In this document: piece by piece, positions 1 to 15,000 of the stretch
Position numbering within the stretch: the stretch's first letter is position 1
Layout of the letters: each line of letters starts with the position of its first letter
DNA from: Eledone cirrhosa
Lineage: Eukaryota
Assembly (NCBI GenBank): GCA_964016885.1
Contig: OZ024741.1
Coordinates: forward strand, 28,520,001 to 28,584,000
Reading direction: 5' to 3'
Length of the DNA stretch: 64,000 nucleotides
The notes under the pieces: generated by a model
What the model was told of the DNA's origin: nothing
Seen by the model: only the letters and a program-made list of their open reading frames with translations
Databases searched by the model: none
Made by a program: the position numbers and the translations under genes

Positions 1-3000
1 TGACTACATATAGATACTGTCAGTGGTACTACAGTGTAGGTTATTGGTATATAACTGGAATATATAGGGATATAACTACATATACAGATACCGTCAGTTT
101 TACTACAGTGTAGGTTATTGGTAGATAACTGGTATATATAGGGATATAACTACACATAGATACTGTCAGTGGTACTACAGTGTAAGTTATTGGTAGATAA
201 CTGGTATATGTAGGGATATAACTACACATAGATACTGTCAGTGTTACTACAGTGTAGGTTATTGGTATAGAACTGGTATATATAGGGATATAACTACATA
301 TAGATACGGTCAGTGGTACTACAGTGTAGGTTATTGGTATATAACTGGTATATATAGGGATATAACTACATATAGATACTGTCAGTGGTACTACAGTGTA
401 GGTTATTGGTAGATAACTGGTATATATAGGGATATAACTACATATAGATACTATCAGTGTTAGTACAGTAAAGATTATTGGTAGAGAATTGGTATATATA
501 GGGATAGAACTACATATAGATACTGTCAGTGGTACTACAGTGTAGGTTATTGGTATATAACTGGTATATATAGGGATATAACTACATATAGATACTGTCA
601 GTGGTACTACAGTGTAGGTTATTGGTATATAACTGGTATATATAGGGATATAACTACATATAGATACTGTCAGTGTTACTACAGTGTAGGTTATTGGTAT
701 ATAACTGGTATATATAGGGATATAACTACATATAGATACTGTCAGTGGTACTACAGTGTAGGTTATTGGTAGATAACTGGTATATATAGGGATATAACTA
801 CATATAGATACTGACAGTTGTACTACAGTGTATGTTATTGGTAGATAACTGGTATATATAGGGATATAACTACATATAGATACTGTCAGTGGTACTACAG
901 TCTAGGTTATTGGTAGATAACTGGTATATATAGGGATATAACTACATAGAGATACTGTCAGTGGTACTAGAGTGTAGGTTATTGGTAGATAACTGGTATA
1001 TATAGGGATATAACTACACATAGATACTGTCAGTGGTACTACAGTGTAGGTTATTGGTATATAACTGGAATATATAGGGATTTAACTACACATAGATACT
1101 GTCAGTGGTACTACAGTGTAGGTTATTGGTATATAACTGGTATTTATAGGATTATAACTACATATAGATACTGTCAGTGGTACTATAGTGTAGGTTATTG
1201 GTATATAACTGGTATATATAGGGATATAACTACACATAGATACTGTCAGTGGTACTACAGTGTAGGTTATTGGTAGATAACTGGTATATATAGGGATATA
1301 ACTACATATAGATACTGACAGTAGTACTACAGTGTAGGTTATTGGTAGATAACTGGTATATATCTGTATATAACTACATATAGATACTGTCAGTGGTACT
1401 ACAGTGTAGGTTATTGGTAGATAACTGGTATATATAGGGATATAACTACATATAGATACTGTCAGTGTTACTACAGTGTAGGTTATTGGTATATAACTGC
1501 TATATATAGGGATATAACTACATATACAGATAATGTCAGTCTTACTACAGTGTAGGTTATTGTTAGATAACTGGTATATATAGGGATATAACTACATATA
1601 GATACTGTCAGTGATACTACAGAGTAGGCTATTGGTATATAACTTGTATATATTGGGATATAGCTACACATAGATACTGTCAGTGGTACTACAGTGTAGG
1701 TTATTGGTAGATAACTGGTATATATAGGGATATAACTACACATAGATACTGTCAGTGGTACTACAATGTAAGTTATTGGTAGATAACTGGTATATATAGG
1801 GATATAACTACGTATAGATACTGTCAATTGTACTACAGTGTAGGTTATTGGTATATAACTGGTATATATAGAGATATAACTACATATACAGATACTGTCA
1901 GTCTTACTACAGTGTAGGTTATTGGTAGATAACTGGTATATATAGGGATATAACTACATATACAGATACTGTCAGTCTTACTACAGTGTAGGTTATTTGT
2001 AGAGAACTGGTATATATAGGGATATAACTACATATATACTGTCAGTGGTACTACAGTGTAGGTTATTGGTTGATAGCTGGTATATATAGGTATATAACTA
2101 CACATAGATACTGTCAGTGGTACTACAGTGTAGGTTATTGGTAGATAACTGGTATATATAGGGATATAACTACACATAGATACTGTCAGTGTTACTAGAG
2201 TGTAGGTTATTGGTATATAACTGGAATATATAGCGATATAACTACACATAGATACTGTCAGTGGTACTACAGTGTAGGTTATTGGTATATAACTGGAATA
2301 TATAGGGATATAACTACACATAGATACTGTCAGTGGTACTACAGTGTAGATTATTGGTATATAACTGGTATATATAGGATTATAACTACATATAGATACT
2401 GTCAGTGGTACTATAGTGTAGGTTATTGGTATATAACTGGTATATATAGGGATATAACTACACATAGATACTGTCAGTGGTACTACAGTGTAGGTTATTG
2501 GTAGATAATTGGTATATATAGGGATATAACTAAATATAGATACTGACAGTGGTACTACAGTGTAGGTTATTGGTAGATAACTGGTATATAGCTGGATATA
2601 ACTACAAATAGATACTGTCAGTGGTACTACAGTGTAGGTTATTGGTAGATAACTGGTATATATAGGGATATAACTACATATAGAAACTGTCAGTGTTACT
2701 ACAGTGTAGGTTATTGGTATATAACTGGTATATATAGGGATATAACTACATATACAGATAATGTCAGTCTTACTACAGTGTAGGTTATTGGTAGATAACT
2801 GGTATATATAGGGATATAACTACACATAGATACTGTCAGTGTTACTACAGTGTAAGTTATTGGTATAGAACTGGTATATATAGGGATATAACTACATATA
2901 GATACTGTCAGTGATACTACAGTGTAGGCTATTGGTATATAACTGGTATATATTGGGATATAGCTACACATAGATACTGTCAGTGGTACTACAGTGTAGG

Positions 3001-6000
3001 TTATTGGTAGATAACTGGTATATATAGGGATATAACTACACATAGATACTGTCAGTGGTACTACAATGTAAGTTATTGGTAGATAACTGGTATATATAGG
3101 GATATAACTACGTATAGATACTGTCAGTGGTACTACAGTGTAGGTTATTGGTATATAACTGGTATATATAGAGATATAACTACATATACAGATAGTGTCA
3201 GTCTTACTACAGTGTAGGTTATTGGTAGAGAACTGGTATATATAGGGATATAACTACATATATACTGTCAGTGGTACTACAGTGTAGGTTATTGGTTGAT
3301 AGCTGGTATATATAGGTATATAACTACACATAGATACTGTCAGTGGTACTACAGTGTAGGTTATTGGTAGATAACTGGTATATATAGGGATATAACTACA
3401 CATAGATACTGTCAGTGATACTAGAGTGTAGGTTACTGGTATATAACTGGAATATATAGCGATATAACTACACATAGATACTGTCAGTGGTACTACAGTG
3501 TAGGTTATTGGTATATAACTGGTATATATAGGGATATAACTACATATAGATACTGTCAGTGGTACTATAGTGTAGGTTATTGGTATATAACTGGTATATA
3601 TAGGGATATAACTACACATAGATACTGTCAGTGGTACTACAGAGTAGGTTATTGGTAGATAACTGGTATATATAGGGATATAACTACGTATAGATACTGT
3701 CAGTGGTACTACAGTGTAGGTTATTGGTAGAGAACTGGTATATATAGGGTTATAACTATATAGAGATACTGCCAGTGGTACTACAGTGTAGGTTATTGGT
3801 AGATAACTGGTATATATAGGGATATAACTACACATAGATAATGTCAGTGGTACAACAATGTAAGCTATTGGTATATAACTGGTATATATAGGGATATAAC
3901 TACATATAGATACTGTTAGTGGTACTACAGTGTAAGTTATTGCTAGATAACTGGTATATATGGGGATATAACTATATATAGATACTGTCAGTGGTACTAC
4001 AGTGTAGGTTATTGGTAGATAACTGGTATATATAGGGACATAACTACATATAGATACTGTCAATGGTACTACAGTGTAGATTATTGGTAGATAACTGGTA
4101 TATATAGGGATATAACTACATATAGATACTGTCAGTGTTACTACAGTGTAGGTTATTGGTAGATAACTGGTATATATAGGGATATAACTACATATAGATA
4201 CGGTCAGTGGTACTACAGTGTAGGTTATTGGTAGATAACTGGTATATATAGGGATATAACTACGTATAGATACTGTCAGTGGTACTACAGTCTAGGTTAA
4301 TGGTAGATAACTGGTATATATAGGGATATAACTACATAGAGATACTGTCAGTGGTACTACAGTGAAGGTTATTGGTAGATAACTGGTATATATAGGGATA
4401 TATCTATATATAGATACTGTCAGTGGTACTACAGTGTAGGTTATTGGTATATAACTGGAATATATAGGGATATAACTACATATACAGATACTGTCACTTT
4501 TACTACAGTGTAGGTTATTGGTAGATAACTGGTATATATAGGGATATAACTACACATAGATACTGTCAGTGGTACTACAGTGTAAGTTATTGGTAGATAA
4601 CTGGTATATATAGGGATATAACTACACATAGATATTGTCAGGGTTACTACAGTGTATGTGATTGGTATAGAACTGGTATATATAGGGATATAACTACATA
4701 TAGATACTGTCAGTGGTACTACAGTGTAGGTTATTGGTATATAACTGGTATATATAGGGATATAACTACATATAGATACTGTCAGTGGTACTACAGTGTA
4801 GGCTATTGGTATATAACTGGTATATATAGGGATATAACTACATATAGATATTGTAAGTGGTACTACAGTGTAGGTTATTGGTAGATAACTGGTATATATA
4901 GGGATATAACTACATATAGATACTATCAGTGTTAGTACAGTAAAGAATATTGGTAGAGAACTGGTATATATAGGGATAGAACTACATATAGATACTGTCA
5001 GTGGTACTACAGTGTAGGTTATTGGTATATAACTGGTATATATAAGGATATAACTACATATAGATACTGTCAGTGGTACTACAGTGTAGGTTATTGGTAT
5101 ATAACTGGTATATATAGGGATATAACTACGTAAAGATACTGTCAGTGGTACTGCAGTGTAGGTTATTGGTAGATAACTGGTATATATAGGGATATAACTA
5201 CATATAGATACTGTCAGTGGTACTACAGTGTAGATTATTGGTAGATAACAGTTATATGTAGTGATATAACTACATATAGATACTGTCAGTGGTACTACAG
5301 TGTAGGTTATTGGTAGATAACTGGTATATATAGGGATATAACTACATATAGATACTGTCAGTGGTACTACAGTGTAGGTTATTGGTATATTACTGGAATA
5401 TATAGGGATATAACTACACATAGATACTCTCAGTGGTACTACAGTGTAGGTTATTGGTATATAACTGGTATATATAGGGATATAGCTACATATAGATACT
5501 GTCAGTGGTACTACATTGTAGGTTATTGGTATATAACTGGAATATATAGCGATATAACTACACATAGATACTGTCAGTGGTACTACAGTGTAGGTTATTG
5601 GTATATAACTGGTATATATAGGGATACAACTACATATAGATACTGTCAGTGGTACCATAGTGTAGGTTATTGGTATATAACTGGTATATATAGGGATATA
5701 ACTACACATAGATACTGTCAGTGGTACTACAGAGTAGGTTATTGGTAGATAACTGGTATATATAGGGATATAACTACGTATAGATACTGTCAGTGGTACT
5801 ACAGTGTAGGTTATTGGTAGAGAACTGGTATATATAGGGATATAACTACATATAGATACTGTCAGTGGTACTACAGTGTAAGTTATTGCTAGATAACTGG
5901 TATATATGGGGATATAACTACATATAGATACTGTCAGTGGTACTACGGTGTAGGTTATTGGTAGCTAACTGGTATATATAGGGACATAACTACATATAGA

Positions 6001-9000
6001 TACTGTCAATTGTACTACAGTGTAGATTATTGGTAGATAACTGGTATATATAGGGATATAACTACATATAGATACTGTCAGTGTTACTACAGTGTAGGTT
6101 ATTGGTAGATAACTGGTATATATAGTGATATAACTACATATAGATACTGTCAGTGGTACTACAGTGTAGGTTATTGGTAGATAACTGGTATATATAGGGA
6201 TATAAATACATATAGATACTGTCAGTGGTACTACAGTCTATGTTAATGGTAGATAACTGGTATATATAGGGGTATAACTACATAGAGATACTGACAGTGG
6301 TACTACAGTGTAGGTTATTGGTAGATAACTGGTATATATAGGGATATAACTACACATAGATACTGTCAGTGGTACTACAGTGTAGGTTATTGGTATATAA
6401 CTGGTACATACAGGAATATAACTACATATAGATACTGTCAGTGGTACTATAGTGTAGGTTATTGGTATATAACTGGTATATATAGGGATATAACTACACA
6501 TACATACTGTCAGTGGTACTACAGTGTAGGTTATTGGTAGATAACTGGTATATATAGGGATATAACTACATATAGATACTGACAGTGGTACTACAGTGTA
6601 GGTTATTGGTAGATAACTGGTATATATAGGGATATGACTACATATAGATACTGTCAGTGGTACTACAGTGTAGGTTATTGGTATATAACTGGAATATATA
6701 GGGATATAACTACATATACAGATACCGTCAGTTTTACTACAGTGTAGGTTATTGGTAGATAACTGGTATATATAGGGATATAACTACACATAGATACTGT
6801 CAGTGGTACTACAGTGTAAGTTATTGGTAGATAACTGGTATATGTAGGGATATAACTACACATAGATACTGTCAGTGTTACTACAGTGTAGGTTATTGGT
6901 ATAGAACTGGTATATATAGGATATAACTACATATAGATACGGTCAGTGGTACTACAGTGTAGGTTATTGGTATATAACTGGTATATATAGGGATATAACT
7001 ACATATAGATACTGTCAGTGGTACTACAGTGTAGGTTATTGGTAGATAACTGGTATATATAGGGATATAACTACATATAGATACTATCAGTGTTAGTACA
7101 GTAAAGATTATTGGTAGAGAATTGGTATATATAGGGATAGAACTACATATAGATACTGTCAGTGGTACTACAGTGTAGGTTATTGGTATATAACTGGTAT
7201 ATATAGGGATATAACTACATATAGATACTGTCAGTGGTACTACAGTGTAGGTTATTGGTATATAACTGGTATATATAGGGATATAACTACATATAGATAC
7301 TGTCAGTGTTACTACAGTGTAGGTTATTGGTATATAACTGGTATATATAGGGATATAACTACATATAGATACTGTCAGTGGTACTACAGTGTAGGTTATT
7401 GGTATATAACTGGTATATATAGGGATATAACTACACATAGACACTGTCAGTGGTACTACAGTGTAGGTTATTGGTAGATAACTGGTATATATAGGGATAT
7501 AACTACATATACAGATACTGTCAGTCTTACTACAGTGTAGGTTATTGGTATATAACTGGTATATATAGGTGTATAACTACATATAGATACTGACAGTGGT
7601 ACTACAGTGTAGGTAATTGGTAGATAACTGGTATATATATGGATATAACTACATATAGATACTGCCAGTGGTACTACAGTGTAGGTTATTGGTAGATAAC
7701 TGGTATATATAGGGATATAACTACATATAGATACTGTCAGTGGTACTACAGTGTAGGTTATTGGTAGAGAACTGGTATATATAGGGTTATAACTACATAT
7801 AGATACTGTCAGTGGTACTATAGTGTAGGTTATTGGTATATAACTGGTATATATAGGGATATAACTACACATACATACTGTCAGTGGTACTACAGAGTAG
7901 GTTATTGGTAGATAACTGGTATATATAGGGATATAACTACGTATAGATACTGTCAGTGGTACTACAGTGTAGGTTATTGGTAGATAACTGGTATATATAG
8001 GGATATAACTACATATACAGATACTGTCAGTCTTACTACAGTGTAGGTTATTGGTATATAACTGGTATATATAGGTGTATAACTACATATAGATACTGAC
8101 AGTGGTACTACAGTGTAGGTAATTGGTAGATAACTGGTATATATATGGATATAACTACATATAGATACTGCCAGTGGTACTACAGTGTAGGTTATTGGTA
8201 GATAACTGGTATATATAGGGATATAACTACACATAGATACTGTCAGTGATACTAGAGTGTAGGTTACTGGTATATAACTGGAATATATAGCGATATAACT
8301 ACACATAGATACTGTCAGTGGTACTACAGTGTAGGTTATTGGTATATAACTGGTATATATAGGGATATAACTACATATAGATACTGTCAGTGGTACTATA
8401 GTGTAGGTTATTGGTATATAACTGGTATATATAGGGATATAACTACACATAGATACTGTCAGTGGTACTACAGAGTAGGTTATTGGTAGATAACTGGTAT
8501 ATATAGGGATATAACTACGTATAGATACTGTCAGTGGTACTACAGTGTAGGTTATTGGTAGAGAACTGGTATATATAGGGTTATAACTATATAGAGATAC
8601 TGCCAGTGGTACTACAGTGTAGGTTATTGGTAGATAACTGGTATATATAGGGATATAACTACACATAGATAATGTCAGTGGTACAACAATGTAAGCTATT
8701 GGTAGATAACTGGTATATATAGGGATATAACTACATATAGATACTGTTAGTGGTACTACAGTGTAAGTTATTGCTAGATAACTGGTATATATGGGGATAT
8801 AACTATATATAGATACTGTCAGTGGTACTACAGTGTAGGTTATTGGTAGATAACTGGTATATATAGGGACATAACTACATATAGATACTGTCAATGGTAC
8901 TACAGTGTAGATTATTGGTAGATAACTGGTATATATAGGGATATAACTACATATAGATACTGTCAGTGTTACTACAGTGTAGGTTATTGGTAGATAACTG

Positions 9001-12000
9001 GTATATATAGGGATATAACTACATATAGATACGGTCAGTGGTACTACAGTGTAGGTTATTGGTAGATAACTGGTATATATAGGGATATAACTACGTATAG
9101 ATACTGTCGGTGGTACTACAGTCTAGGTTAATGGTAGATAACTGGTATATATAGGGATATAACTACATAGAGATACTGTCAGTGGTACTACAGTGAAGGT
9201 TATTGGTAGATAACTGGTATATATAGGGATATAACTATATATAGATACTGTCAGTGGTACTACAGTGTAGGTTATTGGTATATAACTGGAATATATAGGG
9301 ATATAACTACATATACAGATACTGTCACTTTTACTACAGTGTAGGTTATTGGTAGATAACTGGTATATATAGGGATATAACTACACATAGATACTGTCAG
9401 TGGTACTACAGTGTAAGTTATTGGTAGATAACTGGTATATATAGGGATATAACTACACATAGATATTGTCAGGGTTACTACAGTGTATGTGATTGGTATA
9501 GAACTGGTATATATAGGGATATAACTACATATAGATACTGTCAGTGGTACTACAGTGTAGGTTATTGGTATATAACTGGTATATATAGGGATATAACTAC
9601 ATATAGATACTGTCAGTGGTACTACAGTGTAGGCTATTGGTATATAACTGGTATATATAGGGATATAACTACATATAGATATTGTAAGTGGTACTACAGT
9701 GTAGGTTATTGGTAGATAACTGGTATATATAGGGATATAACTACATATAGATACTATCAGTGTTAGTACAGTAAAGAATATTGGTAGAGAACTGGTATAT
9801 ATAGGGATAGAACTACATAGAGATACTGTCAGTGGTACTACAGTGTAGGTTATTGGTATATAACTGGTATATATAAGGATATAACTACATATAGATACTG
9901 TCAGTGGTACTACAGTGTAGGTTATTGGTATATAACTGGTATATATAGGGATATAACTACGTAAAGATACTGTCAGTGGTACTGCAGTGTAGGTTATTGG
10001 TAGATAACTGGTATATATAGGGATATAACTACATATAGATACTGTCAGTGGTACTACAGTGTAGATTATTGGTAGATAACTGTTATATGTAGTGATATAA
10101 CTACATATAGATACTGTCAGTGGTACTACAGTGTAGGTTATTGGTAGATAACTGGTATATATAGGGATATAACTACATATAGATACTGTCAGTGGTACTA
10201 CAGTGTAGGTTATTGGTATATTACTGGAATATATAGGGATATAACTACACATAGATACTCTCAGTGGTACTACAGTGTAGGTTATTGGTATATAACTGGT
10301 ATATATAGGGATATAGCTACATATAGATACTGTCAGTGGTACTACATTGTAGGTTATTGGTATATAACTGGAATATATAGCGATATAACTACACATAGAT
10401 ACTGTCAGTGGTACTACAGTGTAGGTTATTGGTATATAACTGGTATATATAGGGATACAACTACATATAGATACTGTCAGTGGTACCATAGTGTAGGTTA
10501 TTGGTATATAACTGGTATATATAGGGATATAACTACACATAGATACTGTCAGTGGTACTACAGAGTAGGTTATTGGTAGATAACTGGTATATATAGGGAT
10601 ATAACTACATATAGATACTGTCAGTGGTACTACAGTGTAAGTTATTGCTAGATAACTGGTATATATGGGGATATAACTACATATAGATACTGTCAGTGGT
10701 ACTACGGTGTAGGTTATTGGTAGCTAACTGGTATATATAGGGACATAACTACATATAGATACTGTCAATTGTACTACAGTGTAGATTATTGGTAGATAAC
10801 TGGTATATATAGGGATATAACTACATATAGATACTGTCAGTGTTACTACAGTGTAGGTTATTGGTAGATAACTGGTATATATAGTGATATAACTACATAT
10901 AGATACTGTCAGTGGTACTACAGTGTAGGTTATTGGTAGATAACTGGTATATATAGGGATATAAATACATATAGATACTGTCAGTGGTACTACAGTCTAT
11001 GTTAATGGTAGATAACTGGTATATATAGGGATATAACTACATAGAGATACTGACAGTGGTACTACAGTGTAGGTTATTGGTATATAACTGGAATATATAG
11101 GGATATAACTACATATACAGATACCGTCAGTTTTACTACAGTGTAGGTTATTGGTAGATAACTGGTATATATAGGGATATAACTACACATAGATACTGTC
11201 AGTGGTACTACAGTGTAAGTTATTGGTAGATAACTGGTATATGTAGGGATATAACTACACATAGATACTGTCAGTGTTACTACAGTGTAGGTTATTGGTA
11301 TAGAACTGGTATATATAGGGATATAACTACATATAGATACGGTCAGTGGTACTACAGTGTAGGTTATTGGTATATAACTGGTATATATAGGGATATAACT
11401 ACATATAGATACTGTCAGTGGTACTACGGTGTAGGTTATTGGTAGCTAACTGGTATATATAGGGACATAACTACATATAGATACTGTCAATTGTACTACA
11501 GTGTAGATTATTGGTAGATAACTGGTATATATAGGGATATAACTACATATAGATACTGTCAGTGTTACTACAGTGTAGGTTATTGGTAGATAACTGGTAT
11601 ATATAGTGATATAACTACATATAGATACTGTCAGTGGTACTACAGTGTAGGTTATTGGTAGATAACTGGTATATATAGGGATATAAATACATATAGATAC
11701 TGTCAGTGGTACTACAGTCTATGTTAATGGTAGATAACTGGTATATATAGGGGTATAACTACATAGAGATACTGACAGTGGTACTACAGTGTAGGTTATT
11801 GGTAGATAACTGGTATATATAGGGATATAACTACACATAGATACTGTCAGTGGTACTACAGTGTAGGTTATTGGTATATAACTGGTACATACAGGAATAT
11901 AACTACATATAGATACTGTCAGTGGTACTATAGTGTAGGTTATTGGTATATAACTGGTATATATAGGGATATAACTACACATACATACTGTCAGTGGTAC

Positions 12001-15000
12001 TACAGTGTAGGTTATTGGTAGATAACTGGTATATATAGGGATATAACTACATATAGATACTGACAGTGGTACTACAGTGTAGGTTATTGGTAGATAACTG
12101 GTATATATAGGGATATGACTACATATAGATACTGTCAGTGGTACTACAGTGTAGGTTATTGGTATATAACTGGAATATATAGGGATATAACTACATATAC
12201 AGATACCGTCAGTTTTACTACAGTGTAGGTTATTGGTAGATAACTGGTATATATAGGGATATAACTACACATAGATACTGTCAGTGGTACTACAGTGTAA
12301 GTTATTGGTAGATAACTGGTATATGTAGGGATATAACTACACATAGATACTGTCAGTGTTACTACAGTGTAGGTTATTGGTATAGAACTGGTATATATAG
12401 GATATAACTACATATAGATACGGTCAGTGGTACTACAGTGTAGGTTATTGGTATATAACTGGTATATATAGGGATATAACTACATATAGATACTGTCAGT
12501 GGTACTACAGTGTAGGTTATTGGTAGATAACTGGTATATATAGGGATATAACTACATATAGATACTATCAGTGTTAGTACAGTAAAGATTATTGGTAGAG
12601 AATTGGTATATATAGGGATAGAACTACATATAGATACTGTCAGTGGTACTACAGTGTAGGTTATTGGTATATAACTGGTATATATAGGGATATAACTACA
12701 TATAGATACTGTCAGTGGTACTACAGTGTAGGTTATTGGTATATAACTGGTATATATAGGGATATAACTACATATAGATACTGTCAGTGTTACTACAGTG
12801 TAGGTTATTGGTATATAACTGGTATATATAGGGATATAACTACATATAGATACTGTCAGTGGTACTACAGTGTAGGTTATTGGTATATAACTGGTATATA
12901 TAGGGATATAACTACACATAGACACTGTCAGTGGTACTACAGTGTAGGTTATTGGTAGATAACTGGTATATATAGGGATATAACTACATATACAGATACT
13001 GTCAGTCTTACTACAGTGTAGGTTATTGGTATATAACTGGTATATATAGGTGTATAACTACATATAGATACTGACAGTGGTACTACAGTGTAGGTAATTG
13101 GTAGATAACTGGTATATATATGGATATAACTACATATAGATACTGCCAGTGGTACTACAGTGTAGGTTATTGGTAGATAACTGGTATATATAGGGATATA
13201 ACTACATATAGATACTGTCAGTGGTACTACAGTGTAGGTTATTGGTAGAGAACTGGTATATATAGGGTTATAACTACATATAGATACTGTCAGTGGTACT
13301 ATAGTGTAGGTTATTGGTATATAACTGGTATATATAGGGATATAACTACACATACATACTGTCAGTGGTACTACAGAGTAGGTTATTGGTAGATAACTGG
13401 TATATATAGGGATATAACTACGTATAGATACTGTCAGTGGTACTACAGTGTAGGTTATTGGTAGATAACTGGTATATATAGGGATATAACTACATATACA
13501 GATACTGTCAGTCTTACTACAGTGTAGGTTATTGGTATATAACTGGTATATATAGGTGTATAACTACATATAGATACTGACAGTGGTACTACAGTGTAGG
13601 TAATTGGTAGATAACTGGTATATATATGGATATAACTACATATAGATACTGCCAGTGGTACTACAGTGTAGGTTATTGGTAGATAACTGGTATATATAGG
13701 GATATAACTACACATAGATACTGTCAGTGATACTAGAGTGTAGGTTACTGGTATATAACTGGAATATATAGCGATATAACTACACATAGATACTGTCAGT
13801 GGTACTACAGTGTAGGTTATTGGTATATAACTGGTATATATAGGGATATAACTACATATAGATACTGTCAGTGGTACTATAGTGTAGGTTATTGGTATAT
13901 AACTGGTATATATAGGGATATAACTACACATAGATACTGTCAGTGGTACTACAGAGTAGGTTATTGGTAGATAACTGGTATATATAGGGATATAACTACG
14001 TATAGATACTGTCAGTGGTACTACAGTGTAGGTTATTGGTAGAGAACTGGTATATATAGGGTTATAACTATATAGAGATACTGCCAGTGGTACTACAGTG
14101 TAGGTTATTGGTAGATAACTGGTATATATAGGGATATAACTACACATAGATAATGTCAGTGGTACAACAATGTAAGCTATTGGTAGATAACTGGTATATA
14201 TAGGGATATAACTACATATAGATACTGTTAGTGGTACTACAGTGTAAGTTATTGCTAGATAACTGGTATATATGGGGATATAACTATATATAGATACTGT
14301 CAGTGGTACTACAGTGTAGGTTATTGGTAGATAACTGGTATATATAGGGACATAACTACATATAGATACTGTCAATGGTACTACAGTGTAGATTATTGGT
14401 AGATAACTGGTATATATAGGGATATAACTACATATAGATACTGTCAGTGTTACTACAGTGTAGGTTATTGGTAGATAACTGGTATATATAGGGATATAAC
14501 TACATATAGATACGGTCAGTGGTACTACAGTGTAGGTTATTGGTAGATAACTGGTATATATAGGGATATAACTACGTATAGATACTGTCGGTGGTACTAC
14601 AGTCTAGGTTAATGGTAGATAACTGGTATATATAGGGATATAACTACATAGAGATACTGTCAGTGGTACTACAGTGAAGGTTATTGGTAGATAACTGGTA
14701 TATATAGGGATATAACTATATATAGATACTGTCAGTGGTACTACAGTGTAGGTTATTGGTATATAACTGGAATATATAGGGATATAACTACATATACAGA
14801 TACTGTCACTTTTACTACAGTGTAGGTTATTGGTAGATAACTGGTATATATAGGGATATAACTACACATAGATACTGTCAGTGGTACTACAGTGTAAGTT
14901 ATTGGTAGATAACTGGTATATATAGGGATATAACTACACATAGATATTGTCAGGGTTACTACAGTGTATGTGATTGGTATAGAACTGGTATATATAGGGA